From contig CAWAUM010000012.1 in NCBI GenBank assembly GCA_963785235.1, positions 224,001-288,000 of the forward strand: 64,000 nt of DNA, in the 5' to 3' direction. The notes beneath the pieces are model-generated. The model was not told where the DNA came from, ran no database searches, and saw only the letters and a list, made by a program, of their open reading frames with translations. Made by a program: the position numbers and the translations under genes. This stretch comes from an uncultured delta proteobacterium. GTDB taxonomy: Bacteria; Desulfobacterota; Desulfomonilia; UBA1062. Positions 7,838-17,836 of the stretch are shown here, one piece after another; position 1 is the first letter of the stretch; every line of letters begins with the position of its first letter.

Positions 7838-9913
7838 ATGATTCTATTTTTCTATGGAATAACCGCATTCGTGAGCCTGCTGGGGGGGATGATCATCCTG
7901 TCCCGCAGCGGGGCCTCGCATGGGAGGGCTATCGCATGCGGGCTGCTTGCCATTGCAGCCACTGAGATCAGTTACCTCATTTATTATCTCAGAGAAACCT
8001 TGTTGGCACTCCAGGCAGCATCGTTCTTCGAGTTAGCCTCCATCAGCTTTTTTATCATTTCGGTTATTTCCATGGAGAGAAACATTTCGAGAAATATTCA
8101 AATCGTTCACTTGACACGCCGTGGCTTGATCCTGGTCTGCACCCTCTACGGATTAACACTTTTAATCTACCCGGAAGCCTATGCTTATATACACCTCGAC
8201 GATGTAGTGGTCATCGACTGGCTTGGCCGTATCCAGTCTTTTCTTCTCATGGTCGGTGCTATTGCATTTATCTGGCTTATGGAGAACATCCTCAGATCTT
8301 CCCAAGGAGTCAGCAGAAGAGTACTTAAGTACCCTGCACTAGGCTCTATTTCTGTGGGCGCATCCTTGTGCATCACCTCCATCTACAGGCTCAGCACCAA
8401 CAGCATATCTAACGACATTCTCATCCTTTGCTCGCTGATTACCCTGGTGGGTGTTGTATTCCTCATCTTCTTTTCCATACGGTTCAAGCTGTTTGAGATG
8501 GATATATTCGTTTCGCGTTACGTGGTTTATCACTCCATCACCTTTATCAGCATCGGCACATATTTGTTATTCACGGGTCTCGTCCTTTTCTGGGTCACGC
8601 ACCTGGGGATAAAGCTGTCTATGGTTACCACGGGTTTTGTAGTCTTCCTTGCACTCATCCTTCTTTCCATCATCATCCTATCCCCTGAAGCCAAAGCCCG
8701 CATACAATTTTTCATCAATACCCACTTCTTTGCCAATAAGTATGACTACCGAAAGGAATGGGGTGAACTGAGCGCCTCCCTGTCAATTGCCTTCAACGAG
8801 AATCAGATCATTCACCTTACATCCCAGATAATCCTCGATAGCATGTACATTAGAGAGCTTACCATCTGGATACTTGAAGGAGAGTCCTACAAATGCGCAT
8901 TCTCCTTTCCTAAGGCCTCTGGAGATAACCTCATAAGCGATAAGCATCTCATCATAAGTTACCTGGCCAACAACCCCTATTTTATAAGAAGAACACCCCG
9001 AAAAACTAACGATACGCTTTGGGAGGACATTGTAAAAAATCATTCCGACTTCCTTAACCGAAACAAGGTGGAGCTCGCAGTAGGAATGATGGCAGGTACC
9101 ATGATTGGTTTTATTGCTATTGGCCAGGAGAACCCTGGTACACCTTACGGCCAGGACGATATTGACCTCCTGAACGCCGTTGCATCCCAGGCAAGCGCTG
9201 CCCTTATGAGTGCACGCTATGCCAAAAAACTTGCCGAGAACAAGGAGCTCGATACGTACAATCGCATGTCTGCAACCGTGCTTCATGACCTTAAAAACGC
9301 GGCAGGACACCTTTCCCTTATCCTCCAGAATGCCCCTAAACATATGGATCAGGCAGAATTCCGCAAAGACATGCTTGACACCATCTCAGAGGCCCTTGCC
9401 CGGATAGACAAGGTCATGAACAAACTCAAGGCAATCCCTGAGAATGAAGAAATCCATACGAAAACCTTCAAAATCAAACCCTTCCTTGAAGAGCTCCTTG
9501 CCGGGCTCAGGCCCAGACTGGAACATATCCAGGTCATACATAATTTTCAAGGCGCATTCGAGCTTACCACTGATCCTGATATCTTATACAAAATACTCGA
9601 GAATATCATTGTGAACGCCACTGAAGCAGTCGGGGATGATGGGAAAATAACAATTGCTGCTGGCATAAAGGGAGATTCAACGGTTTTCACCATCACCGAC
9701 AACGGTGTAGGCATGACGGATGAATATATCCGGGAGAAACTCTTCAAACCTTTCCAGACCACCAAGAACAAAGGCACCGGCCTCGGGCTGTGGCAGGTTA
9801 AAAATATGGCTGACCAGCTCAGGGCAAGAATTGACGTGAAGGCGAATCAGGACCGGGGAGTTACTGTCTCCGTATGGTTCCCTCAAAATCAATCCAGGCA
9901 AGATACACCATGA
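7838..9913 (+). CDS. prsK: PEP-CTERM system sensor histidine kinase PrsK
   Basis: Multi-TM N-half, FINTHFFANKYDYRKEW signature, GAF-like region, HDLKN H-box, DNGVGM and GTGLGL boxes. Confidence 0.92.
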   Translation: MILFFYGITAFVSLLGGMIILSRSGASHGRAIACGLLAIAATEISYLIYYLRETLLALQAASFFELASISFFIISVISMERNISRNIQIVHLTRRGLILVCTLYGLTLLIYPEAYAYIHLDDVVVIDWLGRIQSFLLMVGAIAFIWLMENILRSSQGVSRRVLKYPALGSISVGASLCITSIYRLSTNSISNDILILCSLITLVGVVFLIFFSIRFKLFEMDIFVSRYVVYHSITFISIGTYLLFTGLVLFWVTHLGIKLSMVTTGFVVFLALILLSIIILSPEAKARIQFFINTHFFANKYDYRKEWGELSASLSIAFNENQIIHLTSQIILDSMYIRELTIWILEGESYKCAFSFPKASGDNLISDKHLIISYLANNPYFIRRTPRKTNDTLWEDIVKNHSDFLNRNKVELAVGMMAGTMIGFIAIGQENPGTPYGQDDIDLLNAVASQASAALMSARYAKKLAENKELDTYNRMSATVLHDLKNAAGHLSLILQNAPKHMDQAEFRKDMLDTISEALARIDKVMNKLKAIPENEEIHTKTFKIKPFLEELLAGLRPRLEHIQVIHNFQGAFELTTDPDILYKILENIIVNATEAVGDDGKITIAAGIKGDSTVFTITDNGVGMTDEYIREKLFKPFQTTKNKGTGLGLWQVKNMADQLRARIDVKANQDRGVTVSVWFPQNQSRQDTP

Positions 9914-9987
9914 ACTATAGCAAAGACCGAAGGTTATTGAGGACAAAGCACATCTGAAAAAAATTCTCAGCATTAGGGGTCTAAGAC

Positions 9988-11346
9988 ATGAAGGATCAGA
10001 TACTGATCATTGAAGATGAATCAAGTATGGCAAAACAGCTCAAGTGGGGCTTGAGCGACTCCTATGATATCTTTACCGCAACAAATGCCGCTGATGCAGT
10101 GCGTATTCTCCAGAGAGAGAGCCCTTTAGTTGTGCTGCTTGATCTTGGACTTCCGCCGTATCCTGACAGCGCAGAAGAAGGATTACGGCTACTGGAGGAA
10201 ATTATCCGGAAAAAGGACCAGACAAAGGTCATAGTGATCACCGGAAACACTGATAAAATGAATGCGGTAAGGGCTGTCTCGCTCGGCGCATACGATTATC
10301 ATACCAAGCCTGTAGATCTTGAAGAACTCAGGATCGTCATCAAGAGGGCAATCCATTTATCCCGGTTGGAAAACCAGGTTTCAGAGCTCCACTCAATGGT
10401 CGCCGGAGAATTGCAATTCCATGGAATGATAGCTACCTCCCAACCCATGTTGGACCTGTTCGAGCGCGCCAAGAAGGTTGCCCGCACCGATTACCCCGTA
10501 CTGATCGAAGGAGAGAGCGGTACCGGCAAAGAGTGTCTTGCAAAAGCAATCCATGCCATGAGCGACCGCTCCGATATGCCTCTAGTTATTATCGACTGCG
10601 GGTCCATACCGGAGAATCTCCTGGAAAGCGAGCTCTTCGGCCATGAGAAGGGATCGTTCACCGGGGCGCATGCCCGTCAGATCGGCAAGGTCGAAAGGGC
10701 TCAAGGAGGAACAGTAGTGCTCGATGAGATAGGCGAACTCCCTTTCCAGCTTCAGGTGAAACTCCTCAGGTTTATCCAGGAGGGCACCATTGAACGGGTT
10801 GGCGGCAAAGAGCCTCTCTCAATCGATGCCCGGATGATTGCCGCTACCAATGTGGACCTCAAAAAAGCGGTTGATAAAAACCTTTTCAGGGAAGACCTTT
10901 ACTATAGGCTCAATGTGATCCCAATGTCCATACCTGCACTGAAGGATCGACCGGATGACATACCGCTCCTGGCGAGATATTTCCTGGATTCTTTCAGCAA
11001 AGAGATCGGCCCGAGGTTTAAGGGATTCAGTTCCAGGGCCATAGATGTCATGATGAAGCATGACTGGAAAGGCAACATACGGGAGATGCAGAACAGGATC
11101 AAGCGCGCAGTCGTCATGGCCGAAGGCGATTACATCCAGCCGCCAGACATCGACCTTGGTGATACCACGGATGAAGGGATATCTCAGACCCTGAAAGAAA
11201 TTCGCGATTCGGCCGAGATCTCAGCCATAAGACATGCCCTGGCACGTAACATCGGCAACATATCAAAGGCGGCGCAGGATCTTGATGTAAGCAGGCCGAC
11301 TCTTCATGACCTTATTAAAAAACACGGCATTACTATTTCAAAATAA
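9988..11346 (+). CDS. prsR: PEP-CTERM-box response regulator PrsR (sigma54 activator)
   Basis: REC domain with LDLGLPP, GESGTGKE, GSFTGA, C-terminal HTH SRPTLHDLIKKH; directly downstream of prsK. Confidence 0.92.
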   Translation: MKDQILIIEDESSMAKQLKWGLSDSYDIFTATNAADAVRILQRESPLVVLLDLGLPPYPDSAEEGLRLLEEIIRKKDQTKVIVITGNTDKMNAVRAVSLGAYDYHTKPVDLEELRIVIKRAIHLSRLENQVSELHSMVAGELQFHGMIATSQPMLDLFERAKKVARTDYPVLIEGESGTGKECLAKAIHAMSDRSDMPLVIIDCGSIPENLLESELFGHEKGSFTGAHARQIGKVERAQGGTVVLDEIGELPFQLQVKLLRFIQEGTIERVGGKEPLSIDARMIAATNVDLKKAVDKNLFREDLYYRLNVIPMSIPALKDRPDDIPLLARYFLDSFSKEIGPRFKGFSSRAIDVMMKHDWKGNIREMQNRIKRAVVMAEGDYIQPPDIDLGDTTDEGISQTLKEIRDSAEISAIRHALARNIGNISKAAQDLDVSRPTLHDLIKKHGITISK

Positions 11347-11349
11347 GAA

Positions 11350-11583
11350 TTAACCAGGAAAGAGGTTCTTAAGCTCTTTCCTGAGTGTCTTTATTATGTC
11401 CTGCTTTTCCCGGTTAGTCTTCTCGACCTTCTCAAATCTCTGGGCAAGGGTTTCAACCTTCTCCTCAAGCTCATGAATCCGGGAGATAATCTTATCGAGC
11501 TCCGCCTTTATATCAATGTCGGAAGAGATGCCTTCCATCAGCCCCAGCAGGTCGTTGACCTTCTTGGAGGTATCAGGATCCAT
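11350..11583 (-). CDS. Small coiled-coil protein (77 aa), last gene of the Pom-like operon
   Basis: MDPDTSKKVNDLL...RKELKNLFPG with heptad pattern; ATG 11583 overlaps the upstream gene by 11 nt and has GAGG upstream. Confidence 0.7.
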   Translation of the reverse strand: MDPDTSKKVNDLLGLMEGISSDIDIKAELDKIISRIHELEEKVETLAQRFEKVEKTNREKQDIIKTLRKELKNLFPG

Positions 11584-12340
11584 ACACCTCACGCTTGGCC
11601 TTAAGCCTGATATGCGACAGGGATGAATACACCCTGTCCAGTGCAATCTTGAGCTCGGCAATCTCATCTTCCAGCGGTTTTCTTTTATGGTATTCTTCCT
11701 CGAGCTTGGTTTCCAGTTCCTGAATTCTTGCAGTGCTAATACCCAGGTCCTTCTCGAGGATGGATACCTTGACGTCGAGCCTTGCCTTGTCCTGGATGTC
11801 TTTTGAGAAGCGCATGAGCCTTTCCTCAAAGGCCTTGCTTTTTGTCACCTCAGCATCAAAACCGATTGTCCTCTCATCGAGCATTCCCACCACATGCTGG
11901 ATATAATGGTCTGCATCATCGAGCTGTTCGTTCAGGAACAGGATCTCCCGATCCAGGAGCTTATGCTCCTGTGCCGCCATTTCGAGTTCGGCAAGATTTA
12001 CCTTAAGGCTTGAATTTTCCCGCCCGATCTCTTCGATGACTCTATCATGATCCTTGAGCTTGCGGGCAACGTCCTTTTTCTCAAAAAGGATCTGGGAGAA
12101 CTCAGTATTCAGATCCTCAATGGTTTCTACAGCCCTGGCAATGGTGGCATGAGCAATGTCTTTTGATACCATGGGGGATATAACCGGTTCTTTGTGGGCT
12201 GCCGGTGCAGGAGCGGTCTGCTCTTTGATCTCTTCCTGGGGCTTTATAAGTACCGGGTCTACATTCCAGGGCCTGTTGGGACGGCGCTTCTGCATCTTGG
12301 GCATCCGCTGCGCTACGCTTGTATCAAAACCGTCTTTCAT
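11573..12340 (-). CDS. Coiled-coil protein, PomX-like
   Basis: Basic N-terminal peptide MKDGFDTSVAQRMPK, Pro/Ala-rich linker, about 190-aa coiled coil; GAGGAG RBS; downstream of the PomZ-like ATPase. Confidence 0.7.
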   Translation of the reverse strand: MKDGFDTSVAQRMPKMQKRRPNRPWNVDPVLIKPQEEIKEQTAPAPAAHKEPVISPMVSKDIAHATIARAVETIEDLNTEFSQILFEKKDVARKLKDHDRVIEEIGRENSSLKVNLAELEMAAQEHKLLDREILFLNEQLDDADHYIQHVVGMLDERTIGFDAEVTKSKAFEERLMRFSKDIQDKARLDVKVSILEKDLGISTARIQELETKLEEEYHKRKPLEDEIAELKIALDRVYSSLSHIRLKAKREVYGS

Positions 12341-12433
12341 AGATAATAACTCCTCATTTCAATCTATTGGCATCAGAAAAAGATCCAATGCCCTTCAGGT
12401 TGCTTCCGAGCACTACGTTAACCATAAAACCGA

Positions 12434-13393
12434 TTAAAAAACAATCGGGAGATTGGGAAAAACCTCCCGAATAAAATCATTCAGATCTACCGAGCCTCTG
12501 TTCTTCGGTGCATACTGCGTAATAGGTATCCCTACACTCGCAGCCTCGGCAATTTTTATGTCCTGGCGTATCAATGTCTTCATAAGATAACCATTATAGT
12601 GCGTCTCCAATGCCTCTTTCGCCCGCTGGCAGATATTGTGGGATGCATTATAGTTATTCAGAAAGATATAGATATTCTCAAAGATGAATTCAAAGTCTTC
12701 CTCAATAGTCGATAACGTCTCGAAGAGGATCTTAAGCCCATGGTAAGACAGAAAATCCGCCAGAACCGGTACAAAAAGATCATTGCAGGCCAGGATGCCG
12801 TTCAGATTCAACAAGCCGATGGATGGCGAGGCATCCATGACGATAACATCATAGTCATTCTGGATCGCGGTTATACTCTTTCTCAGGCGCTGCTCACGGG
12901 CATTCATGGAAGTGAGAGCCAGTTCCACCGGAGAGAGGTCGAGGTTTGCAGGGATAAGCTTCAGATTTTTCATCTTGGTATTTATGATAATGTCGCGAAT
13001 GTCAGTCTTCTCGATAAGGACACTATATAAGGTGTTTTCAATGGAATCATGATCGATCCCGAGACATTGAGTGAGATGGCCCTGGGGATCAAGGTCCATG
13101 AGGAGTACCTGCATGCCGAGCTGAGCCAGCCTGAAGGCATAGAAGGCCGAACTGCTCGTCTTGCCTGTTCCCCCTTTAAAGTTGAGGAATATCTGTCTCC
13201 TTTTGGATGCTAACAAGGGAGGTTTTCCGAGGCTCTTGAGATAAAAGGGGATATCATGCGGATAATAGATACGGACGCCATCAGCAAGCTGGGGTTGAGG
13301 GAGTGTTCCCTCAATCTCCATTTTCAACAGGGACGGCTTTGAAATCCCGAGCAATGTTGCAAATTCCTTGGCCGTATATACGGTCTGTTCCAT
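12434..13393 (-). CDS. pomZ: ParA-family ATPase with N-terminal MerR-like HTH, PomZ/AgmE-like
   Basis: RRQIFLNFKGGTGKTS deviant Walker A, DLDPQGH, NDLFVPVLADFLSYHGLKILFET; these segments match my recollection of Myxococcus PomZ. The ParA call is firm, the pomZ symbol less so. Confidence 0.8.
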   Translation of the reverse strand: MEQTVYTAKEFATLLGISKPSLLKMEIEGTLPQPQLADGVRIYYPHDIPFYLKSLGKPPLLASKRRQIFLNFKGGTGKTSSSAFYAFRLAQLGMQVLLMDLDPQGHLTQCLGIDHDSIENTLYSVLIEKTDIRDIIINTKMKNLKLIPANLDLSPVELALTSMNAREQRLRKSITAIQNDYDVIVMDASPSIGLLNLNGILACNDLFVPVLADFLSYHGLKILFETLSTIEEDFEFIFENIYIFLNNYNASHNICQRAKEALETHYNGYLMKTLIRQDIKIAEAASVGIPITQYAPKNRGSVDLNDFIREVFPNLPIVF

Positions 13394-14050
13394 CTATGAG
13401 CGCTCCCTCATGATCTCCCACCAACCCTGCCACCTTGCAATAATCCACTCGAATTCCTCTGATGAAGCACCAAGGGGTTCTCCAAAATCCTCACCCGTGA
13501 GCCTTTTTAGGGTATGCGCAGCCTGCATTCTCACTTCATGAGATGTGTCTTCCAGTGCCTGGATTACCTGCTCCACATTTTCTATGGATCCCCATATGGC
13601 GATCAGCCTCAGACAGTCCTTCCTGACGGATTCATCCGGATCTTCTCTGCAGAGTCTTGCCACTGCGCCAAGAGAGCTCTTGTCATTCAACCAGAAAATG
13701 TAGCTGATAATCCTCCTGCGGACATAGGAGTCTGGGTCTTCAAGCCATTTGATCCCATCTTCAGGACGGAATGCGCCTCTACGGAAAAGATACCGTATGG
13801 CCCGCGCCCTCACCCTGGGGTCTTCATCCCGGGTGGCTGCATGGAAGATATTCGAGAAATCGGCCTGGGCATCAAAGAGGATGTCATAGATGGCAGTAGC
13901 CGTAGGCTTATCGGCATCTTTAAGGACCTCGGACAAAACCTTCTCTGGGTCCGGGATATCGTTGAGTATGGCCCTTGCAGCCATCTTCTTGATTTCAGGG
14001 TCTGCATCATGCAGGTCTGCGAGAATCTGGTTCAAGCCGATACCCTTCAA
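13394..14050 (-). CDS. HEAT-repeat protein, positionally PomY-like
   Basis: Repeated L-x-D-x-D-x-x-VR-x-x-A HEAT motifs; probable TTG start at 14050 after GGGGAGG; stop abuts the ParA start. Confidence 0.8.
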   Translation of the reverse strand: MKGIGLNQILADLHDADPEIKKMAARAILNDIPDPEKVLSEVLKDADKPTATAIYDILFDAQADFSNIFHAATRDEDPRVRARAIRYLFRRGAFRPEDGIKWLEDPDSYVRRRIISYIFWLNDKSSLGAVARLCREDPDESVRKDCLRLIAIWGSIENVEQVIQALEDTSHEVRMQAAHTLKRLTGEDFGEPLGASSEEFEWIIARWQGWWEIMRERS

Positions 14051-14162
14051 CGAACCCTCCCCTTTTTGTATGTATGAATATAAAGGGGAAGGATGCAATC
14101 AGTCAAGCATATCAAAGAAAAGGATTTTATCCGCTCATGACTCCATGGTAGAGCAGTCCTTT

Positions 14163-16307
14163 ATGGGAGCCCTCATAGCCGATGTAGTCATTCTTACAAA
14201 CATACCCAAGATTCTCTCCTATTCTATCCCTGAAGGGGTATGCCCAAAGGTAGGTTGCAGGGTCGAAGCGCCGGTCAGGAAGGCGACAAGGATCGGTATC
14301 GTCATCGGCATCCACGAGGGAACTCAGACATTTGAAGGGTTAAAGGACCTCATATGCGTACTTGATGAGCATCCTTTCATAACATCCGAACTCATCGAGC
14401 TCATCACCTGGACTTCGAGATATTACCATGCAGGCATAGGCCCCTGCATGGCATTAGCCTTTCCCCCATACCTCAGGGGAGGCCGAACTATAACAATAGA
14501 TATAGACCCGGTCTTATTCAGGACCGATCGCATACAAACCAAGACCGGACCTCATCAGAAGGCCATCCTTGATTCCATACCCCATACAGGCATCCGATTG
14601 AGCGACCTCAAAGGCCGTATACCGCGGCATGGCCCAGAATATGAAAGGCCTCATCAATCGCGGCCTCATTGAGCTCAAGGAAGACCCTGTCAGCTACGTC
14701 CCTTCATGCTCACCAACACCGGAGTACACCCCGGACCAGCAGATGGCTGTTCAGGAGATAAGCAAGGCCATCAAGGCAGGCAGATTCCATACCTATCTGC
14801 TCCACGGGATCACAGGATCGGGCAAGACAGAGGTATATCTGGCAACTGCGATGGAGGCCCTCAGGCATGGCAAGTCGGTCCTCTACCTGGTCCCTGAGAT
14901 CGCCCTGACACCCCAGACCATCGACATGGTCAAGAGCAGGATACCTGTAGAGGTGGCGGTGTTCCATTCAGGCCTAGCCCCAAAGGAACGGGCAAGAGAA
15001 TTCATGAAGGTGGCCTCAGGTGGTGTCAACTTCGTTCTCGGTACCCGTTCAGCCGTCTTTTCGCCTTTGAAGGAAATCGGCCTCATCATAGTGGACGAAG
15101 AACATGACCACAGCTACAAGCAGGACGACGGCATACCCTACAACGCCCGGGATCTGAGCATCCTGCGGGCAAGGAACAACCAGGCCGTGGTGATCCTGGG
15201 CTCCGCAACGCCCAGCATGGAGACTTATCAACGCTCAAGGCTTATCCCATTCAAGCCTCATCACCATGCCGAACCGGATCGGCCCCGCAGCATTGCCGAC
15301 AATCGAGATCGTGGATATGAGAGGAGTGGAAGGACCACTGTCGGAAAGACTCATCACGGAGATGAACCATACCGTCTCCAGGGGCGAGCAGGTGCTGCTC
15401 TTCATTAACCGCAGGGGCTTCTCGGCTGCCATGGTATGCCCGGGATGCGGCAAGGTCCTCAGGTGCAAACGCTGCGACAGGAGCCTCACCTACCACAAGG
15501 CCAAAGGTTTAGGCCTGTGCCACTGGTGCGGCTTTACCATGAAATTGCCCGAGATCTGCCCTTCGTGCGGGTGTCTCGACATGAAGCCCATAGGAATGGG
15601 GACGGAACAGGTCATAGCTTCAGTGGAAAAGACCTGTGCGGATAAGCGCCTGATGCGTATGGACTCGGACGAGATAACGAGTGCAGCGAAATTGACAACC
15701 GCCCTCGATTCCATCAGGGCCGGCCATGTGGACATCATTGTGGGAACCCAGATGATCTCCAAGGGGCATGACTTCCCCAATCTTACCCTGGTGGGGGTGA
15801 TTTATACCGAGCAGCTTCTGCATATGCCCGGACTTCAGGAGCCTGGAAAGGACCTTCCAGCAGATAGTCCAGGTAGCCGGGCGCGCAGGCAGACGGAAGT
15901 CCGACACCAAGGTCATCATCCAGACCCTTATCCCGGACCACCCGCTTATCCACTCGATTTCACGCTATGATTATCTCTCCATGATAGAAATGGAAAAGGA
16001 GATCAGAAAGGCAACAGGCTTCCCGCCATTCTCCCACATGGCCAGGTGCGTGATCACCTCCATGAAAGACAAGACTGCGCGGGAGTTCTGTACTCAGATT
16101 GCATCGGTTGTCAAGATACAAGGCGTCGAAGTTCTCGGTCCTGCCCCGGCCCCCATTTCGCTTTTAAAGAACCGCAACAGATGGCATATTATTTTGAGAT
16201 CCAAGAATAGAGGCTCTCTTCACAAGGCCCTTGACATCATTGAACAGGTCCCATGTCCGAAGGAAGCGGACCTCAAGATCGATGTTGACCCTTATTCCAT
16301 GATGTAA
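14163..16307 (+). CDS. priA: Primosomal protein N' PriA, interrupted by three +1 frameshifts (about 14625, 15245, 15829; likely sequence errors)
   Basis: LHGITGSGKTEVY, IIVDEEHD, Cys-rich Zn region, GTQMISKGHDFPN, QVAGRAGR, IDVDP, recovered across frames. Confidence 0.9.
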
Positions 16308-16320
16308 GGCTAAAAAGTCT

Positions 16321-16431
16321 TTAGGGTTTCCTGTAGGAAAGTCTTCGGACCAGCTTTGCCCGATCCTTGAGCTTGATCTTCAGATAGCATGGGCTCAAGA
16401 TGAGGCTTTTAATAACTTCTTTCATTGTCAT
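16321..16431 (-). CDS. Small basic hypothetical protein (36 aa)
   Basis: AAAGGAG RBS 7 nt before ATG; MTMKEVIKSLILSPCYLKIKLKDRAKLVRRLSYRKP. Confidence 0.5.
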   Translation of the reverse strand: MTMKEVIKSLILSPCYLKIKLKDRAKLVRRLSYRKP

Positions 16432-16571
16432 CCCTGAACTCCTTTTCATCCTCCATGATTGTGTAATCTTATATATCGGCAGAACCTGATCGTTTCTGGA
16501 GCGCTGATTCATCCTTGGGTATAATCGGTGAGCTAATGATAAAGGGAGATACTCTCAAGCAGTGCGGACTA

Positions 16572-16664
16572 TGGCGGAGAGAGAGGGATTCGAACCCTCG
16601 GTAGAGCTTTTGACCCTACATTCGCTTAGCAGGCGAACGCCTTCGTCCACTCGGCCATCTCTCC
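16572..16664 (-). tRNA. tRNA-Ser(GCT)
   Basis: GGAGAGA acceptor stem, TTCGC-CTGCTAA-GCGAA anticodon arm, long variable arm, GGTTCGAATCC, encoded CCA. Confidence 0.97.
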
Positions 16665-16879
16665 ACCCGCAGCCTGTTCTAAAAAGAAGTCATTCAGAAC
16701 TTGCCGCAAACGCGACATACTAACAACATTTAGCACCTATGAGTCAAGTGCTCTGATGCTTTGGGCAAACTTTCTCAGTACCCATGCGACATCATACTTG
16801 CAATCCCCAATAGGGTGACTTAAAGTGGGCTGGTATTTTTAAGTATTGCATTCAATCTGTTAAACGAGATCGGAAATCT

Positions 16880-17689
16880 ATGAACACGGAAATAACAACC
16901 TGGATTGAAGTAAAACCAATTGGTTTATTATCATTCCTGGTGTTCTCCCTGTTAATCATGAGCGGATGTTCCTTATGGCAAGGCAAGGCAGCCAAGGAAA
17001 TGCCTTGCCTTATCGCACCCGAGCGTATTGAGGGTCTCTATGGCACCAAGCTCACCTCAGCGGACTCACCGGGGAGGATGATACGTCTGAAGCTATCCCC
17101 TGGCCATCATTCGGAGATGATTACTGACACACTGGACGGCAAGCCCGCCCTGATCGAGAATGGGCAATGGGAATGCCGGCTAGCCTCAACGGTAACCGTG
17201 AAGCTGACAGGAAGGGTAGGCCAGAAATATGAGAAGCCCGAGGTCATCAACTTTACTGTAGATGGCGACAGCCTTTCAGCCATCCAGTACGATAAAGATA
17301 AATGGGGTAGTATTGATCTGCGCCTGGAACGCAACCCCGAAGTCACGGGAATAGTCTGGCGGCTCGTGCAGATCCAGTATGCGAACAACACGGCTCTAGT
17401 CCCTGAGGATCCATCAAAATACACGCTGATCCTGTCACAGGACGGAACGGTGACCGTGAGGGCAGACTGCAACCGGGGCATGGGGACATATCTGATGGCA
17501 GGCCCTTGGCTTGTCATGCGCAAACTCGCATACACCCACCAGATCTGCCTGGATAACTCTCTGTTTGACCCATACACCAAGGCGCTTGAAGCGGTTTCAT
17601 CATGCATGTTCCGGGAAGGGAACTTTTACATCATGCTCCAGACGGACAGCGGTGTCATGAAATTCGAGCCGGCAGTTGTAGGGCAGTGA
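16880..17689 (+). CDS. Lipoprotein with NlpE-like N-domain and META (HslJ-like) domain
   Basis: Lipobox-like MSGC; W-x-L-x-x-I, ADCNRGMGTY and second Cys typical of META. Confidence 0.75.
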   Translation: MNTEITTWIEVKPIGLLSFLVFSLLIMSGCSLWQGKAAKEMPCLIAPERIEGLYGTKLTSADSPGRMIRLKLSPGHHSEMITDTLDGKPALIENGQWECRLASTVTVKLTGRVGQKYEKPEVINFTVDGDSLSAIQYDKDKWGSIDLRLERNPEVTGIVWRLVQIQYANNTALVPEDPSKYTLILSQDGTVTVRADCNRGMGTYLMAGPWLVMRKLAYTHQICLDNSLFDPYTKALEAVSSCMFREGNFYIMLQTDSGVMKFEPAVVGQ

Positions 17690-17732
17690 AGGGTTAGAGA
17701 GGACTCAGAACAATTCTGAGGAGAAAACCTTA

Positions 17733-17783
17733 CCCGTTAAAATCATGAATCTCGGCTTCACCGAGATTCATGATTTTAACGGG
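17733..17783. repeat. Perfect 23-bp inverted repeat between convergent genes (bidirectional terminator or repeat element)
   Basis: CCCGTTAAAATCATGAATCTCGG-cttca-CCGAGATTCATGATTTTAACGGG. Confidence 0.85.
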
Positions 17784-17836
17784 CCATTTTTTGGTTTTTT
17801 ATTGAAAAACATTTCCGAGCCGGAACATATCCACCC

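Noticed and set aside
11584-11829. Longer 159-aa version of the small coiled-coil ORF
   Set aside because: The extension is an off-frame overlap with the PomX-like gene; ATG 11583 has the RBS-like GAGG
13890-14162. N-terminal extension of priA in the ORF track
   Set aside because: Overlaps the divergent HEAT gene; PriA-like sequence starts near ADV at about 14163-14180
14163-16307. priA as a true pseudogene or programmed frameshift gene
   Set aside because: All motifs are intact, there are no slippery sites, and the same +1 pattern occurs in unrelated genes
16729-16752. CIRCE-like TTAGCAC...GTGCT upstream of tRNA-Ser
   Set aside because: Arm spacing is 11 rather than 13 nt and there is no heat-shock gene downstream
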